Assembly: GCA_964016885.1 (NCBI GenBank)
Contig: OZ024744.1
Coordinates: 114,576,001 to 114,640,000, forward strand
From: Eledone cirrhosa
Taxonomy: Eukaryota
Length of the DNA: 64,000 nt
Reading direction: 5' to 3'
Shown: in pieces, positions 42,087-55,259 of the stretch
Layout of the letters: each line of letters opens with the position of its first letter
Numbering within the stretch: the first letter of the stretch is position 1
Translations under genes and position numbers: made by a program
The notes under the pieces: generated by a model
Seen by the model: the letters and a program-made list of their open reading frames with translations, nothing else
Told to the model about the DNA's origin: nothing
Database searches by the model: none

Positions 42087-45000
42087 TCATCATCAACATC
42101 ATCTTCGTTTAACGTCCATTTTCCACGCTAGCATGGATTAGACGGAAGTTGTCCCACTTGAGGCAAGGCTAGTCGGGTGACCGTGTCTCGCTGATATAGG
42201 ACTATCTGGCAGGTTTTCTACGGCTGGATGCCCTTCCTAACACCAAGCACATTTACAGTGTGGAACTGGGAACTTTTTACTGTGTTACCTACACGACCAC
42301 ATTACAGCGTGGACTGTGTATTTTTTGTCGTGACACCTACACGATCTCAATCTCATTATCTCGTGCAGTTGGTGGGAGTGGGAGGATAGGGTAGGGGTAG
42401 TAGATTGGGGTGTATATTTGGTTAAGAGGTGCCTACTGACTGTAGGTTTCGCTTTGTACATAGGCAAGGTGGTCTTCTGTATTACTGCGTAGCGCCAAAG
42501 ATCTCGGTCCAGTGACATTGTCTTAGAGAGATGTAAGTGTGTAATGTCGGAATTTATCAGATCGTCCCAGGTTTTTCTGGGTCTGCCTACTCCGTAACTA
42601 CCATCAATTTTGATCGCCTTGCACTTTTTTATGCAGCTGTCGTCTTTCTTGCGCATCACGTGACCATACCAACGTAGTCTTCTCTCGAGTAAACAGCATC
42701 TGATCCCTCTTATTCCTAATTTCTCACTTAGTTCATTTATGCTTTGCCGTTCACGTATTTTACTATTACACATCCAGCGGAGCATGCATGCTTCGTTCCT
42801 TTCCAGTCTGTGCAGGTCCTCTGCACCTTCGCCCATGTCTCACTGCCATGTATCATTGCTGTTCGTATACAGGCATCATACAATCTGCCTTTGATTTTTA
42901 GAGAGAAACCTTTTGTGGCCAACAGCGGTATAAGCTCTCTGAACTTTTTCCATCCCGTTCTGACTCTGGCTACTGTACTTTCAGAGCACCCTCCACCACT
43001 GCTGATTTCGTCACCCAGGTAACGGAAAGTGTCTACTATTTCTATAGAACCATCTGGGCAATAGAAGGAGCTAGTATCCTTTGGACACTTGCTACTTATT
43101 GCACCTGAGCATTGGCCACATATAAAGTCTACGCTCTTAGATAGTTTACCTGTGATCCCACTACATCTTTTATGTACCCTTACTTGGCATTTGGGACATA
43201 AAATGGAATTTCTGCCTACTCCTTTCCTACACACTGAGCATGGCCATTTCACTGAGGGCACCTGTGCCCTATTTTCCTTTCTACAAACTAGAACTTTAGT
43301 CTTAGACAAGTTAACTTTAAGGCCTTTTGATTCTAGGCCATGCTTCCATGTTTGGACTTTCTTCTCTAGTTAAGCCATTGATTCAGCTATGAGCGTTAGA
43401 TCATCTGCGTATAGGAGTTCCCATGGGCAGCCGGCCTTGAACTCCTCTGTTATAGCCTGAAGGACAATAATAAACAAGAAGGGGCTAAGGACAGAGCCTT
43501 GATGCATGCCAACTTTTACACTAAATTCTTCACAATATTCATTGTTAATTCTAACCTTACTGACTGTTTCTTTATACATGGCTTGTATAGCTCTGACAAG
43601 CCATTCATCTACACCTAGTTTTATAAGAGCCCACCAGATAATGGAGCGGGGGACTCTGTCAAAAGCTTTCTCCAGGTCTACAAAAGCTAAGTAGAAGGGT
43701 TTACTTTTAGCTAGGTACTTCTCTTGTAGTTGTTGTACAAGGAAAAGAGCGTCTGTGATACTTTTACCTGACACAAACCCAAACTGCATTTCATCTAGAT
43801 CAATTCGCTCTCTGATTAGTTGCGCTATAACTTTTTCTGTGACCTTCATGACCTGCTCAACTAACTTAATGCCTCTATAGTTTCCCCTATCTAGAGCATC
43901 CCCTTTACCCTTGTAGCAGTTAATGATGATGATGCTACGCCAGTCTTTCGGTATGACCCCATTCTGTATTACTTGGTTAACTATACGGGTGACCATAGTG
44001 TGTCCCACCATACTAGATGCCTTCAACATCTCAGCAACTATCTCCGAAGGCCTAACTGCCTTGCCTGTCTTCATATCTTTGATTGCCTTACTTGCACCGC
44101 TGGTCCTTCTATTGGATCGATTTGGGGCAGACTATCTTTTTCCCATTTATTCTCCTCATTTAATAGTCTCTCGTAGTGTCACTTCCAGGCTATCTTCTTA
44201 TCAGTATCAGTGAGGGCAAGTACACCATTATCATTACGGACTCACTTCTCCCCGACAATATCACGGTTTTCCTTGACACATTGCCTAGCAATCCTGAACA
44301 CCTCACGTTTTTGGTCCTCACGTTGTAGAACATGCTTGAACTTTCTATCCTCTGCTTCCCTTCTTGCAAGGTACACTTGTCTCCTAGCTTCTCTCCTGTC
44401 CACTTGATAGTGCTCTCTACTACCCCCATCCTGTCATACCTTGATTGTCTCCGCCACCTTACTGTTCCACCACCAAGTTACTCTCCTCCTGCCAATAGGT
44501 CTGCTCCAGCCACAGATTTCATCCGTTGCTTTCAGCAGGTTCTCTTTCAAGAATTGCCACTGTTCCTCTATATTGCACATCTCTAATTGCTCTTCCTTAT
44601 TGTCAAAGGCATCAAGTAATAAGCTTTTAAATTTGTCACTGGCTATGGTGTCCTTCAACTTCCATATTCTTCTCCTCAAGGTAGGCCTCCTCTGTCGTCG
44701 AGTACGTCTATTCCTGACTATGAGGTCACTAACTACTAGGCTATGTTGGGAGGTGCATTCTTCACGGGGGAGGGACTTAGTGTTTACAACAGACACTCTG
44801 TCACGTTTTCTAGTAAGGATACAATCTATCTGGCTGGCGTGTTCCCCTGATCTATAGGTGATCAAGTGGTTTTACCGTTTTTTTAAGTTTGTGTTACAGA
44901 TAGTTAGGTTATTAGCGTCACAGAATTCCAGGATTCTGAAGCCTTCCTCATTTCTATTTCCAAACCCATAGCCTCCATGGATTCCGTCATAGCCATCACA

Positions 45001-45110
45001 AAGTTGTCCAACATGACCATTTAGGTCACCAGCAATAATTATATAGTCACTGTCGGTTATTTGGGAGGTAGTGAGCATTAACGACTCATAGAATCTGTCT
45101 TTTATAACGT
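42087..45110 (-). mobile_element. RTE-clade LINE, frameshifted (EN part, RT, PHD-like Cys finger)
   Basis: [43 protein letters not shown] and CSVC..C..HKRC..CGQC, with a (GAT)n-type 3' tail. Confidence 0.93.
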
Positions 45111-45449
<339 letters not shown>

Positions 45450-45523
45450 ATATATATATATGTATATATATAATAATGAAATGACAGGAGGCTGGATTTG
45501 TGTAAATCCTTGAAAGGTTTATT

Positions 45524-45581
45524 ATACTATGATCATTTCAATGACCGGGTTCCGTATGAATCCGGTGATATCATCAGGTAT
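45524..45581 (-). ncRNA. Type I hammerhead ribozyme, family H
   Basis: atac-CTGATGA-tatcaccggattc(atacg)gaacccggtcatt-GAAA-tgatca-TA-gtat. Confidence 0.83.
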
Positions 45582-45974
45582 TCGAAATATAATACGTGAA
45601 TGTAATAGGTAAAATCCATGGGGCTGAAAATCGAGACCCGAGGGCGACCCCTATTCTGTTCCTTCAACCTCAACCGGTCGCCCTGGAGTGACGTGGCTAA
45701 AGTTTATAGTATGCTACTACCGGTCAGATAAACGAAAACAGAAATGGATGGGAGCATAAGTTAACGTCGATCTCATGACACAAGGTAAAAGAAAGAAAGA
45801 AAGGAAGGAGAGAGAAGAAGGGGGAAGAAAGAAGAAGAGAAGCCAGGGTTAATGTCAGCTAAAAGAAGAAAGGCAACTACTACCGGTCAGATATAGGCAA
45901 GCAAGAGGGGGAAGGAAGATAAGTCTGCGGGAGGGAGACAGGAGGAGGGGAGAAGAGAAGGAAGGGAAGAGAGA

Positions 45975-46845
45975 AGTAGAAAAGTAAGGGTTGATGGCTA
46001 CAAGAAGGAAGATAGAAAGAAAGAGGAAGAAAGGTCGATATTAATGTCAGACCACAGTCAAGCCAGGAGTGGCGCGAGAAAATGTCCACAGGGACCCGCA
46101 TCTTAGCAGAGGTGAATATATTGGGAGTCCGTGTGTTACAGTGTTTAGACTTCTAGGATGAAGTTAAAAAAATTAATAATCAATATTCAATATTAAAGAG
46201 GTTAGAAAATTTAAAGTTCAACAGTTTAACATTTAATTATATAATAGTTCCGATTTGTTCTGTAATTTAAAGGCACTATGTGGCGGTTAAAACACCGGCC
46301 GCGCCCCGGGCCCCATGGCGAATTAAGCTACGCCGAGTATTTTCATTTACTGAAAGAAGGGGAAATTTATTTTTCCAAGCACTCCAGGTGAGCTCGGAAC
46401 TATTAGATATATCAACCTGAAACTGTTGAGCTTTAAATTTTCTAACCTCTTTAATATGGAATATTGATTATTAATTTTTTAACTTCATCCTATAAGTCTA
46501 AACATTGTAACACACTGGCCCCCAATATATTCACCTCTGCTAAGATGCGAGTCCTTGTGAAAATTTTGTCGCGCCACTACTGGCCCGACTGTGGTGTGAC
46601 ATTAATATCGACCTTCCTTCCTCTCTCTTTCTATCTTCCTTCTTGTAGCTATCAACCATTACTCTTTTACTTCTCTAAGCAAAATTTTAAAGTTCCAACT
46701 TTCTGTCGGACTGTTGGGTGGGTTTTAATGGCGGCGCGACTAGCTCCCTGGCGAACGAGCTCACCTGGAGTGCTTGGAAAAATAAATTTCCCCTTCTTTC
46801 AGTAAATGAAAATACTCGGCGTAGCTTAATTCGCCATGGGGCCCG
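45975..46845. repeat. Two interleaved inverted repeats (about 45975-46225/46420-46675 and 46310-46395/46758-46845)
   Basis: Direct reverse-complement matches. Confidence 0.8.
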
Positions 46846-47522
46846 GATGAAAAGTAATACACTTTAGTCGAGGTCATGACCCTTTGAAAGGAATGGTTGA
46901 ATCGTATTAATAGTAGAATTGGCATAAAAATCTATTAGGAGGAAAGGGATTGTCAAACTGATAGTTGAATGTATCTGGTATAGTGAAGTTTAAAAGGAAT
47001 GTAAAAATAAATGATGATTAGTGTTGTATGGAGTTTTTAGGTGAATATAAATTAAGGTTATGGCTAAGAAAGGTAGTATATTAAAAGTTGAAAATTATAA
47101 TAAGATAATGAAATACAGTAATGCGATAATATACAACATAACCAACACGATATAGTACGGTGTGGTAAATTGCACTTAGCATAATACAGCATATGATACA
47201 CTCTAAAATACTATCAAGTATGTTTATGTATAAATAATCAAACTCAGATAAATACATGTTGGCATAGTTAAAACACATAAATTTCATAGATTACAAAGTG
47301 CATATATCCACACTATATATAGAGAGGTACAGTTATATTGATATCCAACCAAAAATATACATACGCACAAGTAGATGCAAACCTAAATACACATTTACAC
47401 ATATGCACATAATCATATACACACATATCCATACATATCTATATCCACACATACACACCTCTACCCACATATATACATATAGATATGTACAGACATACAC
47501 ATATATATATATATACATATTA

Positions 47523-47616
<94 letters not shown>

Positions 47617-47694
47617 TGATGAGCAGAACAAACAAACATTAAATAATCCTTTAAATAAATTAAAAAATGATTTAAATATCTACCTGTTCATAAT

Positions 47695-47773
47695 GCTATT
47701 ACCGGCGGTTTTCATTTACAAAAGATTAGAAATTCTGAGAATTTCCAACGGAAAGTAAACTTCATCAGATAGC
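47695..47773 (-). ncRNA. Hammerhead, family I (register of GAAA altered)
   Basis: Inverted partner of 47860-47938. Confidence 0.65.
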
Positions 47774-47859
47774 TAGTTCCATATAACTCATACGATACGA
47801 GCTGGTAGTTGGCATTATATTTGCAGACCGTGGGACATAAGTCCTATAGAATGGAAATA

Positions 47860-47938
47860 GCTATCTGATGAAGTTTACTTTCCGTTGGAAATTCTCTGAA
47901 TTTCTAATCTTTTGTAAATGGAAACCGCCGGTAATAGC
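47860..47938 (+). ncRNA. Type I hammerhead ribozyme, family I
   Basis: gctat-CTGATGA-ag-tttac...gtaaa-tg-GAAA-ccg c cgg-TA-atagc. Confidence 0.83.
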
Positions 47939-48252
47939 ATTAAGAACAGGTTGATATTTAAATCATTTTTTAATTTATTTAAAGGATTATTTAATGTTTG
48001 TTTGTTCTGCTCATCAATTTTTATAGTTCTGGTATCTCGAATTAGTACCATAGAACAACAATTATATTATAGACACCCTATATATCTCTATGGGTACTTA
48101 GTACTCAGTGAGATATTTACCTCATTTTTATATATATATATATATGTGTGTGAATGAAGTAATTCCGTCGGAAAAGTCCAGGAAAAAAGAGTGCTCTATG
48201 TAGGTAACAGAGCTTAATTATTATTATGTAATAAACAACAAAAGGCAATTAT

Positions 48253-48310
48253 TCCATTTACCAGTGGTTTCTTAAAAGCAAAAGATTTTGCTTTCAATCC
48301 TCAGAATGAA
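48253..48310 (-). ncRNA. Type I hammerhead ribozyme, family A (within copy 48155-49360)
   Basis: ttcatt-CTGAGGA-ttgaaagcaaaa(tc)ttttgcttttaa-GAAA-ccactgg-TA-aatgga. Confidence 0.87.
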
Positions 48311-48455
48311 AAAATCCTGGTCTGTTTATTGAATTTGGATTTTAATAACAAAAATGCAATCTATATGAAAATGAGGCTGGAGAAGGAAGAAGGAAAGGAA
48401 AATTAAAATAAAACTACACATGCAAACACACACACAAAAACACAAAAGCATACAT

Positions 48456-48536
<81 letters not shown>

Positions 48537-48716
48537 TATATACATACATATACATACATATATACATACATATACATACACTCATACACACACACACACA
48601 CATATATATATATACATATACATACACTCATACATACACACACGCACACACATATATGCACACATACATACACATAGAAACATAAATATAAATACATATA
48701 CATACACACATATACA

Positions 48717-48760
<44 letters not shown>

Positions 48761-49189
48761 TATATATATATATATATGTGTGTGTACAAGCATACACATA
48801 CAGAAACATAGCCATACACACATACATATACATACATACATACATACATGCACACAATCATACATATATACACACGTACATACATACACATACATAAATG
48901 CACTCCTCTACATATTCACACACGCAAATAAATATAATTTTAAAAAAATATATATATATATATATATATATAAATGTTTGACAGCGATACAGAAGGCATC
49001 TAACTGGACAGACACGCGTGGTAAGTAATACACACAAATGCACGTATACATACGTACGGAATAGTAAATACATACACACACTCTCGCACATAAATATACA
49101 TATACAAATACATAAACACATACATACATGCACAAACACGCACACGCACACGTATACAATTATACACACACATATGTATATGTAATTAT

Positions 49190-49240
<51 letters not shown>

Positions 49241-49336
49241 TAAACATACACACACACACAATTATGTATACATACATAGCTATACAATTTATACACATAC
49301 AAATACGTACATATAAACACGCACAACCAAATACAA

Positions 49337-49368
<32 letters not shown>

Positions 49369-49409
49369 TATGAAATTTTGAATTGTTGTTATTATCAATA
49401 AATATATTT

Positions 49410-49560
49410 CATTATTTCTGAAGACGGCATATATGTGTGTTTGGTATGTATATTTAATCTTGATAGTTTGTATAATTTTGTATAATTTTGTACATAGATC
49501 TGTTGAATATGCATGCCAATTCTAACACATATATATCCTAGAAACGATCGTTAAATAATG
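49410..49560 (+). ncRNA. Type I hammerhead ribozyme with long stem II, family E
   Basis: cattattt-CTGAAGA-(about 115 nt)-GAAA-cgatcg-TT-aaataatg. Confidence 0.78.
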
Positions 49561-49616
49561 AACTTTTTTTGTTTAATATAAGGAACTGTTTCATTGTTTT
49601 ATTCATTATTTGTTTA

Positions 49617-49666
<50 letters not shown>

Positions 49667-49787
49667 GGAGGTGAGTTTTATTGTAGTACAATAAAGCAAT
49701 GCAGATATCGGATAAGAAGCACTCTACAGTTTGTGGGACTGGAGTATGCATAATATAAGATCAAAAGATGGTTAAAGGAGTTCCATA

Positions 49788-49858
49788 TATTTTATTATGC
49801 GCATTTCAAAAACAAACATCATCAAGCAATAATATTTGTGTTTTCATCAGATAAAACA
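49788..49858 (-). ncRNA. Type I hammerhead ribozyme, family B
   Basis: Same as 18785-18855. Confidence 0.86.
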
Positions 49859-49984
49859 GGAGAACATGATATGAAGGCTAAAAAACACTTGTGGATAGTG
49901 CAGTTTTAAATCAACATATCAAGATATGTTGATTTAAAACTGCACTATCCACAAGTGTTTTTTAGCCTTCATATCATGTTCTCC

Positions 49985-50055
49985 TGTTTTATCTGATGAA
50001 AACACAAATATTATTGCTTGATGATGTTTGTTTTTGAAATGCACATAATAAAATA
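49985..50055 (+). ncRNA. Type I hammerhead ribozyme, family B (stem III tgcaca)
   Basis: Inverted partner of 49788-49858. Confidence 0.8.
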
Positions 50056-50085
50056 TATGGAACTCCTTTAACCATCTTTTGATCT

Positions 50086-50124
<39 letters not shown>

Positions 50125-50238
50125 CACATATACATGTGTGTGTATGTAAAACTCAGTCTTAGATAATTCATATGAACCTTACATATACATATATATAGTA
50201 GTAAAGTAATAAAGTAATAAGCAACATAAGGCAATTAT

Positions 50239-50296
50239 TCCATTCACCAATGGTTTCTTAAAAGCAAAAAAATTTTCATTCAATCTTCAGAATGAA
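50239..50296 (-). ncRNA. Hammerhead motif, family A2 (GUG triplet)
   Basis: Lies in inverted terminal repeat 50115-50520, which abuts a Naiad-like RT fragment. Confidence 0.68.
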
Positions 50297-50520
50297 AAAA
50301 ACCTGGTCTATCTACATATACATACATATACACACACAAATATACATATATATACACACACATATACACATATATATATATATATACATATATATACACA
50401 CAAATATACATACACATAGGTATGTGAAGGGCAAGGCAAAAAGAATATGTGGTGGGGGGGGGGGGGGCATAGGAAAAGGTGAAATATAGGGGAGGTAAGG
50501 GAGGTAAGGGAGAAAAAAAA

Positions 50521-50685
50521 GCGTAATGCATATATTACTCTTAAAGACCATAAATTGGACTTTACTAATCGACCTAGTTGTAGACTGATTAACCCGGCTA
50601 AATCCGAGGTTGGCCTTGCAAGTAAGAAAATCTTAAGAAAAATAATTCTCCAAATTAGATCTAACACTGACCTAAGCAGGTGGAA
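50521..50685 (+). mobile_element. Naiad-like PLE RT fragment
   Basis: AYITLKDHKLDFTNRPSCRLINPAKSEVGLASKKIL, homologous to about 63670-63780. Confidence 0.8.
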
Positions 50686-50878
50686 GATTACAACTATCTT
50701 GGCTCATATATCTCCTCCTCCAAAAAATATTTTCTAACCAGGAAGGGTATGGCATGGTCAGCGTGCAATGACATGCACGCCATATGGACATCTCAACTTA
50801 CCAACAAGCTAAAACTGGAAATATTCCAAGCAACCATTAAGCCCATATTACTTTATGGATCCGAAACTTGGACACTAT
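50686..50878 (+). mobile_element. RTE-type LINE fragment
   Basis: DYNYLGSYI..AWSAC..W..PILLYGSETWTL. Confidence 0.75.
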
Positions 50879-50892
50879 ATAGATATAGATAT

Positions 50893-53441
50893 ATCATCAT
50901 CATCATCATCATCGTTTAACGTCCATCTTCCACGCTTGCATGGGTTTGGATGGGAGTTTTCCCACTTGAGGCAAGATTGGTTGTCTTGCTCGTATAGGAC
51001 TGTCTGGCGGGTTTTCTACGGCTGTATGCCCTTCCTAACACCAACCACGTTTACAGTGTAGACTGGGAGGTTTTTACCGTGTTACCTACACGGCCACATT
51101 ACAGCGTGGACTGTGTGTTTTTTTGTCGTGACACCTACACGACCTCATTTATTTAGGACTGGATGTTGTGGCACCAACATAACTTTACATCGAAAGGGTG
51201 GTGTGGATGGGGTGGAGGAAGTGAGACGGTGGTGTATTTTTGTTATGAGATGCCTACTGACTGTAGGTTTCGCTTTGTACTTAGGCAAGGCAGGTCTTCT
51301 GTATTACTGTGTAGCGCCAAAGCTCTCGGTCCAGTGACATTGTCTTGGAGAGGTGTAAGTGTGTGAGGTCGGAATTTATCAAGTCGTCCCAGGGTTTTCT
51401 GGGTCTGCCTACTCCGTGGCTGCCGTCTATTTTTATTGCCCTGTACTTATTTATACAGCTGTCGTCTTTCATGCGCATCACGTGACTATACCAACGTAGT
51501 CTTCTCTCGAGTAAACAACATCTGATCCCTCTTATTCCTAATTTCTCCCTTAGTTCATTTATGCTTTGCCGTTTACGTATATTACTATTACACATCCAGC
51601 GGAGCATGCAAGCTTCGTTCCTCTCTAGTCTGCGTATATCCTCTGCACACAATGCCCAGGTCTCACTGCCATGCAACATTGCTGTTCGTATGCAGGCATC
51701 ATACAACCTGCCTTTCATTTTTAGAGAGAACCCTTTAGCGGCCAATAGTGGTATAAGCTCTCTGAACTTTTTCCATCCCGTTCTGACTCTAGCTACTGTA
51801 CTTTCAGAGCACCCTCCAACACTGCTCATTTTGTCACCCAGGTAACGGAAGGTGTCCACTATTTCTATAGAACCATCTGTGCAATGGAATGAGTTAGTAT
51901 TCTGTGGGCACTTGCTGCTACTTATTGCACCTGAGCACCGGCCACATATAAAATCTCTATTCTTAGTTAGCTTACCTGTGATCCCACTACATCTTTTATG
52001 CACACTTACTTTGCATTTGGGACATAAAATGGAGTTTCTACCTACTCCTTTCCTACACGCTGAGCATGGCCATTTGCCAGATGGGACCTGTGCCCTATTT
52101 TCCTTCCTACAAACTAGAACTTTAGTCTTAGACAGGTTAATTTTAAGGCCTTTTGATTCTAGGCCATGCTTCCATGTTTGGAATTTCTTCTCTAGTTCAG
52201 CCATTGATTCAGCTATGAGCGTTACATCATCTGCATATAGGAGTTCCCATGGGCAGCCGGTCTTGAACTCCTCTGTTATAGCCTGTAGTACAATAATAAA
52301 CAGGAGGGGCTAAGGACGGAGCCCTGATGAACACCAACTTTTACGCTAAACTCTTCACTATATTCGTTGTTAATTCTAACCTTGCTGACTGTTACTTTAT
52401 ACATGGTTTGTGTAGCTCTCACAAGCCATTCATCAACACCTAGTTTTCTAAGAGCCCACCAGATAAAGGAGCGGCGGACTCTGTTAAAGGCTTTCTCCAA
52501 GTCAACAAAAGCTAAGTATAGGGGTTTACTTTTAGCTAGGTACTTCTCTTGTAGTTGTCGTACAATGAAAAGAGCGTCTGTGGTACTTTTACCTGACACA
52601 AACCCGAACTGCATTTCATCTAGATCAATTCTCTCTCTGATTAGTTGCGCTATTACTTTTTCTGTGACGTTCATGACCTGGTCAACTAACTTAATGCCTC
52701 TATAGTTTCCCCTATCTAGAGCATCTCCTTTACCCTTATAGCAGTTAATGATGATGCTGCTACGCCAGTCCTTCGGAACGACCCCATTCTGTATGCCTTG
52801 GTTTACTATCCGGGTGACCATAGTGTGTCCCACCGTTCCAGATGCTTTCAGCATTTCAGCAACTATTTCCGAAGGCCCAGCCGCCTTGTCTGTCTTCATA
52901 TCTTTGATTGCCTTACTTATTATACTACCTTCGACTAGCACTGCTGGTCCCTCTATTGGGTCGATGTGGGGGAGACTGTCTTTCTCCCATTTATTCCACT
53001 CATTTAGTAATCTCTCATAGTGACACTTCCAAGCTACCTTCTTATCAACGTCAGTGATGGCAAGTACGCCGTCATCATTAAGTACACACTTCTCCCCGAC
53101 AATATCACGGTTTTCCTTGACACATTGCCTAGCAATCCTGAACAGCTCACGTTTTTGGTCCTTGCGTTGTAGAACATGCTTGAACTTTCTTTCCTCTGCT
53201 TCCCTTCTTGCGAAGTACACTTGTCTCCTAGCTTCCCTCCTGGCCACTTGATAGTCTTCTCTACTTCCCCCATCCCGCCATAGTTTCCAAGCCTGCTTTT
53301 TGGCCTTGATTGACTCCTCCACCTTACTGTTCCACCACCATGTTACTCTCCTCCTGCCTATAGGTCTGCTCCAGCCACAGACTTCGTCTGCCGCCATCAG
53401 CAGTTTTGCTTTCAGGAATTCCCACTGTTCCTCTATATTGT
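50893..53441 (-). mobile_element. RTE-clade LINE, 5'-truncated, same family as 42087-45110
   Basis: ORFs 52276-53397 and 51281-52204 (RT + PHD-like finger), with a (CAT)n tail at 50895-50912. Confidence 0.93.
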
Positions 53442-53508
53442 ACGACTATATATATATGTATATATATATATATATATATAAATATATATATGTATATATA
53501 TATATATG

Positions 53509-53608
<100 letters not shown>

Positions 53609-53650
53609 TATATGTATATATGTATATATATATATGTATATATATATATG

Positions 53651-53713
<63 letters not shown>

Positions 53714-53752
53714 GTATATATATATATGTATATATATATGTATATATATATG

Positions 53753-53784
<32 letters not shown>

Positions 53785-53803
53785 TGTATATATATAAATG
53801 TGG

Positions 53804-53857
<54 letters not shown>

Positions 53858-53877
53858 GTATATACATATGTATATAT

Positions 53878-53928
<51 letters not shown>

Positions 53929-54069
53929 TGTACATATATATATATATGTATATATATATGTATATATATATATGTATATATATATGTATATATATGCATA
54001 TACATGTGTATATATATGTATATATAAATGTATATATATATATATATATATGCATATATATATATGTAT

Positions 54070-54171
<102 letters not shown>

Positions 54172-54341
54172 GAGAGAGAGAGGGAGAGAGAGACAAAGAT
54201 TTTGAGTATATGTTGGTTGTATACCAACACCTCAGATGCAGGCTGCAGCACTCGACGAAGTGCGCAGGTTGGTTTGGTTATTCCGGAGTAATGTAAAATA
54301 AAGTAAATAAGTCAAATGTTTAAAATCTAGCTCTGTTTATT

Positions 54342-54377
54342 ACTGTTATATATATTTCTGTGACCTCTTCAGGCAGT
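54342..54377 (-). ncRNA. Minimal hammerhead candidate, family J
   Basis: actgc-CTGAAGA-ggtcaca-GAAA-tatata-TA-acagt. Stem II is weak, but the shared bulged hairpin follows at 54247-54289. Confidence 0.55.
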
Positions 54378-54821
54378 CCGAATTAGTGTGGTATAGACAA
54401 GTACATATGTTGTTGAGGTGTATAATTTTGTCAATACTCTGATATCCCCAGTTCTTGGTTGGGTTGTTATTTCACTGAGGAACTGGAATCATATGAATTC
54501 AAACAAATGAATTTCAGTGTCAAAGGGCCTCTTCTCCTCTTATTGGTCAGTTGTTAGAATATTCCTCATTCAAAAGTCTATAGAAATTCGTTCTGAGGCA
54601 AGCCAATCTGTAGTTGTTGTTCTTGTTATTGTTAGGTACATCTGACCTCAATTCTTGTATTGGTAGTGTTGTTATTGTTGGAGTTAGCTTAAAAAGTTGA
54701 TAAAGTGGTAGAAGGAACAAGGTGGTAAAGGAACAAAATAACAAAAACATGTCAAACTTCCCATTGGTCAGTTTTGAGAGCATTCCTCAGTCAGAAGTCT
54801 ATAGATATATATATATAAAGA

Positions 54822-55103
54822 TTCACAACAGCTCTGGCTAGCAGAATATGGGATTTGAAAGACCAAGGTATCCAATATAAATTGTATTGGTCAATTTTGA
54901 ACCAATCTAAAGAATATGCAAGAGGAATAAGAAAATGCACACTCTGCATAAATGAAATATATTGGATTTTACAAAACCTTAAATCACCAAAAACCTGCCT
55001 AAATACAAAGACAGAAATTTTCACCAGTTGCCCACACATGAAATCACACTTGCTTTCCAGCTCATATAAACTTAACGCACTTTCAGATACTTATCCTCCA
55101 TAA
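54822..55103 (+). mobile_element. Naiad-like PLE C-terminal (GIY-YIG end) fragment
   Basis: ALASRIWDLKD..YWSIL..CTLC.NE..LNTKTEIFTSCPH. Confidence 0.8.
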
Positions 55104-55259
55104 GCTCTTATTCCACACTTAAATTATTCTCTTTAAAGACTACTCTTTCTGATTTACTTTCATTTTTAACCTTATTAATTTTATTTTTATTTTTATTTTT
55201 ATTTTTATTTTTATTTTTATTTTTTTATTTTTTTTTTAATTTTTTTTTTTACTTCAATA

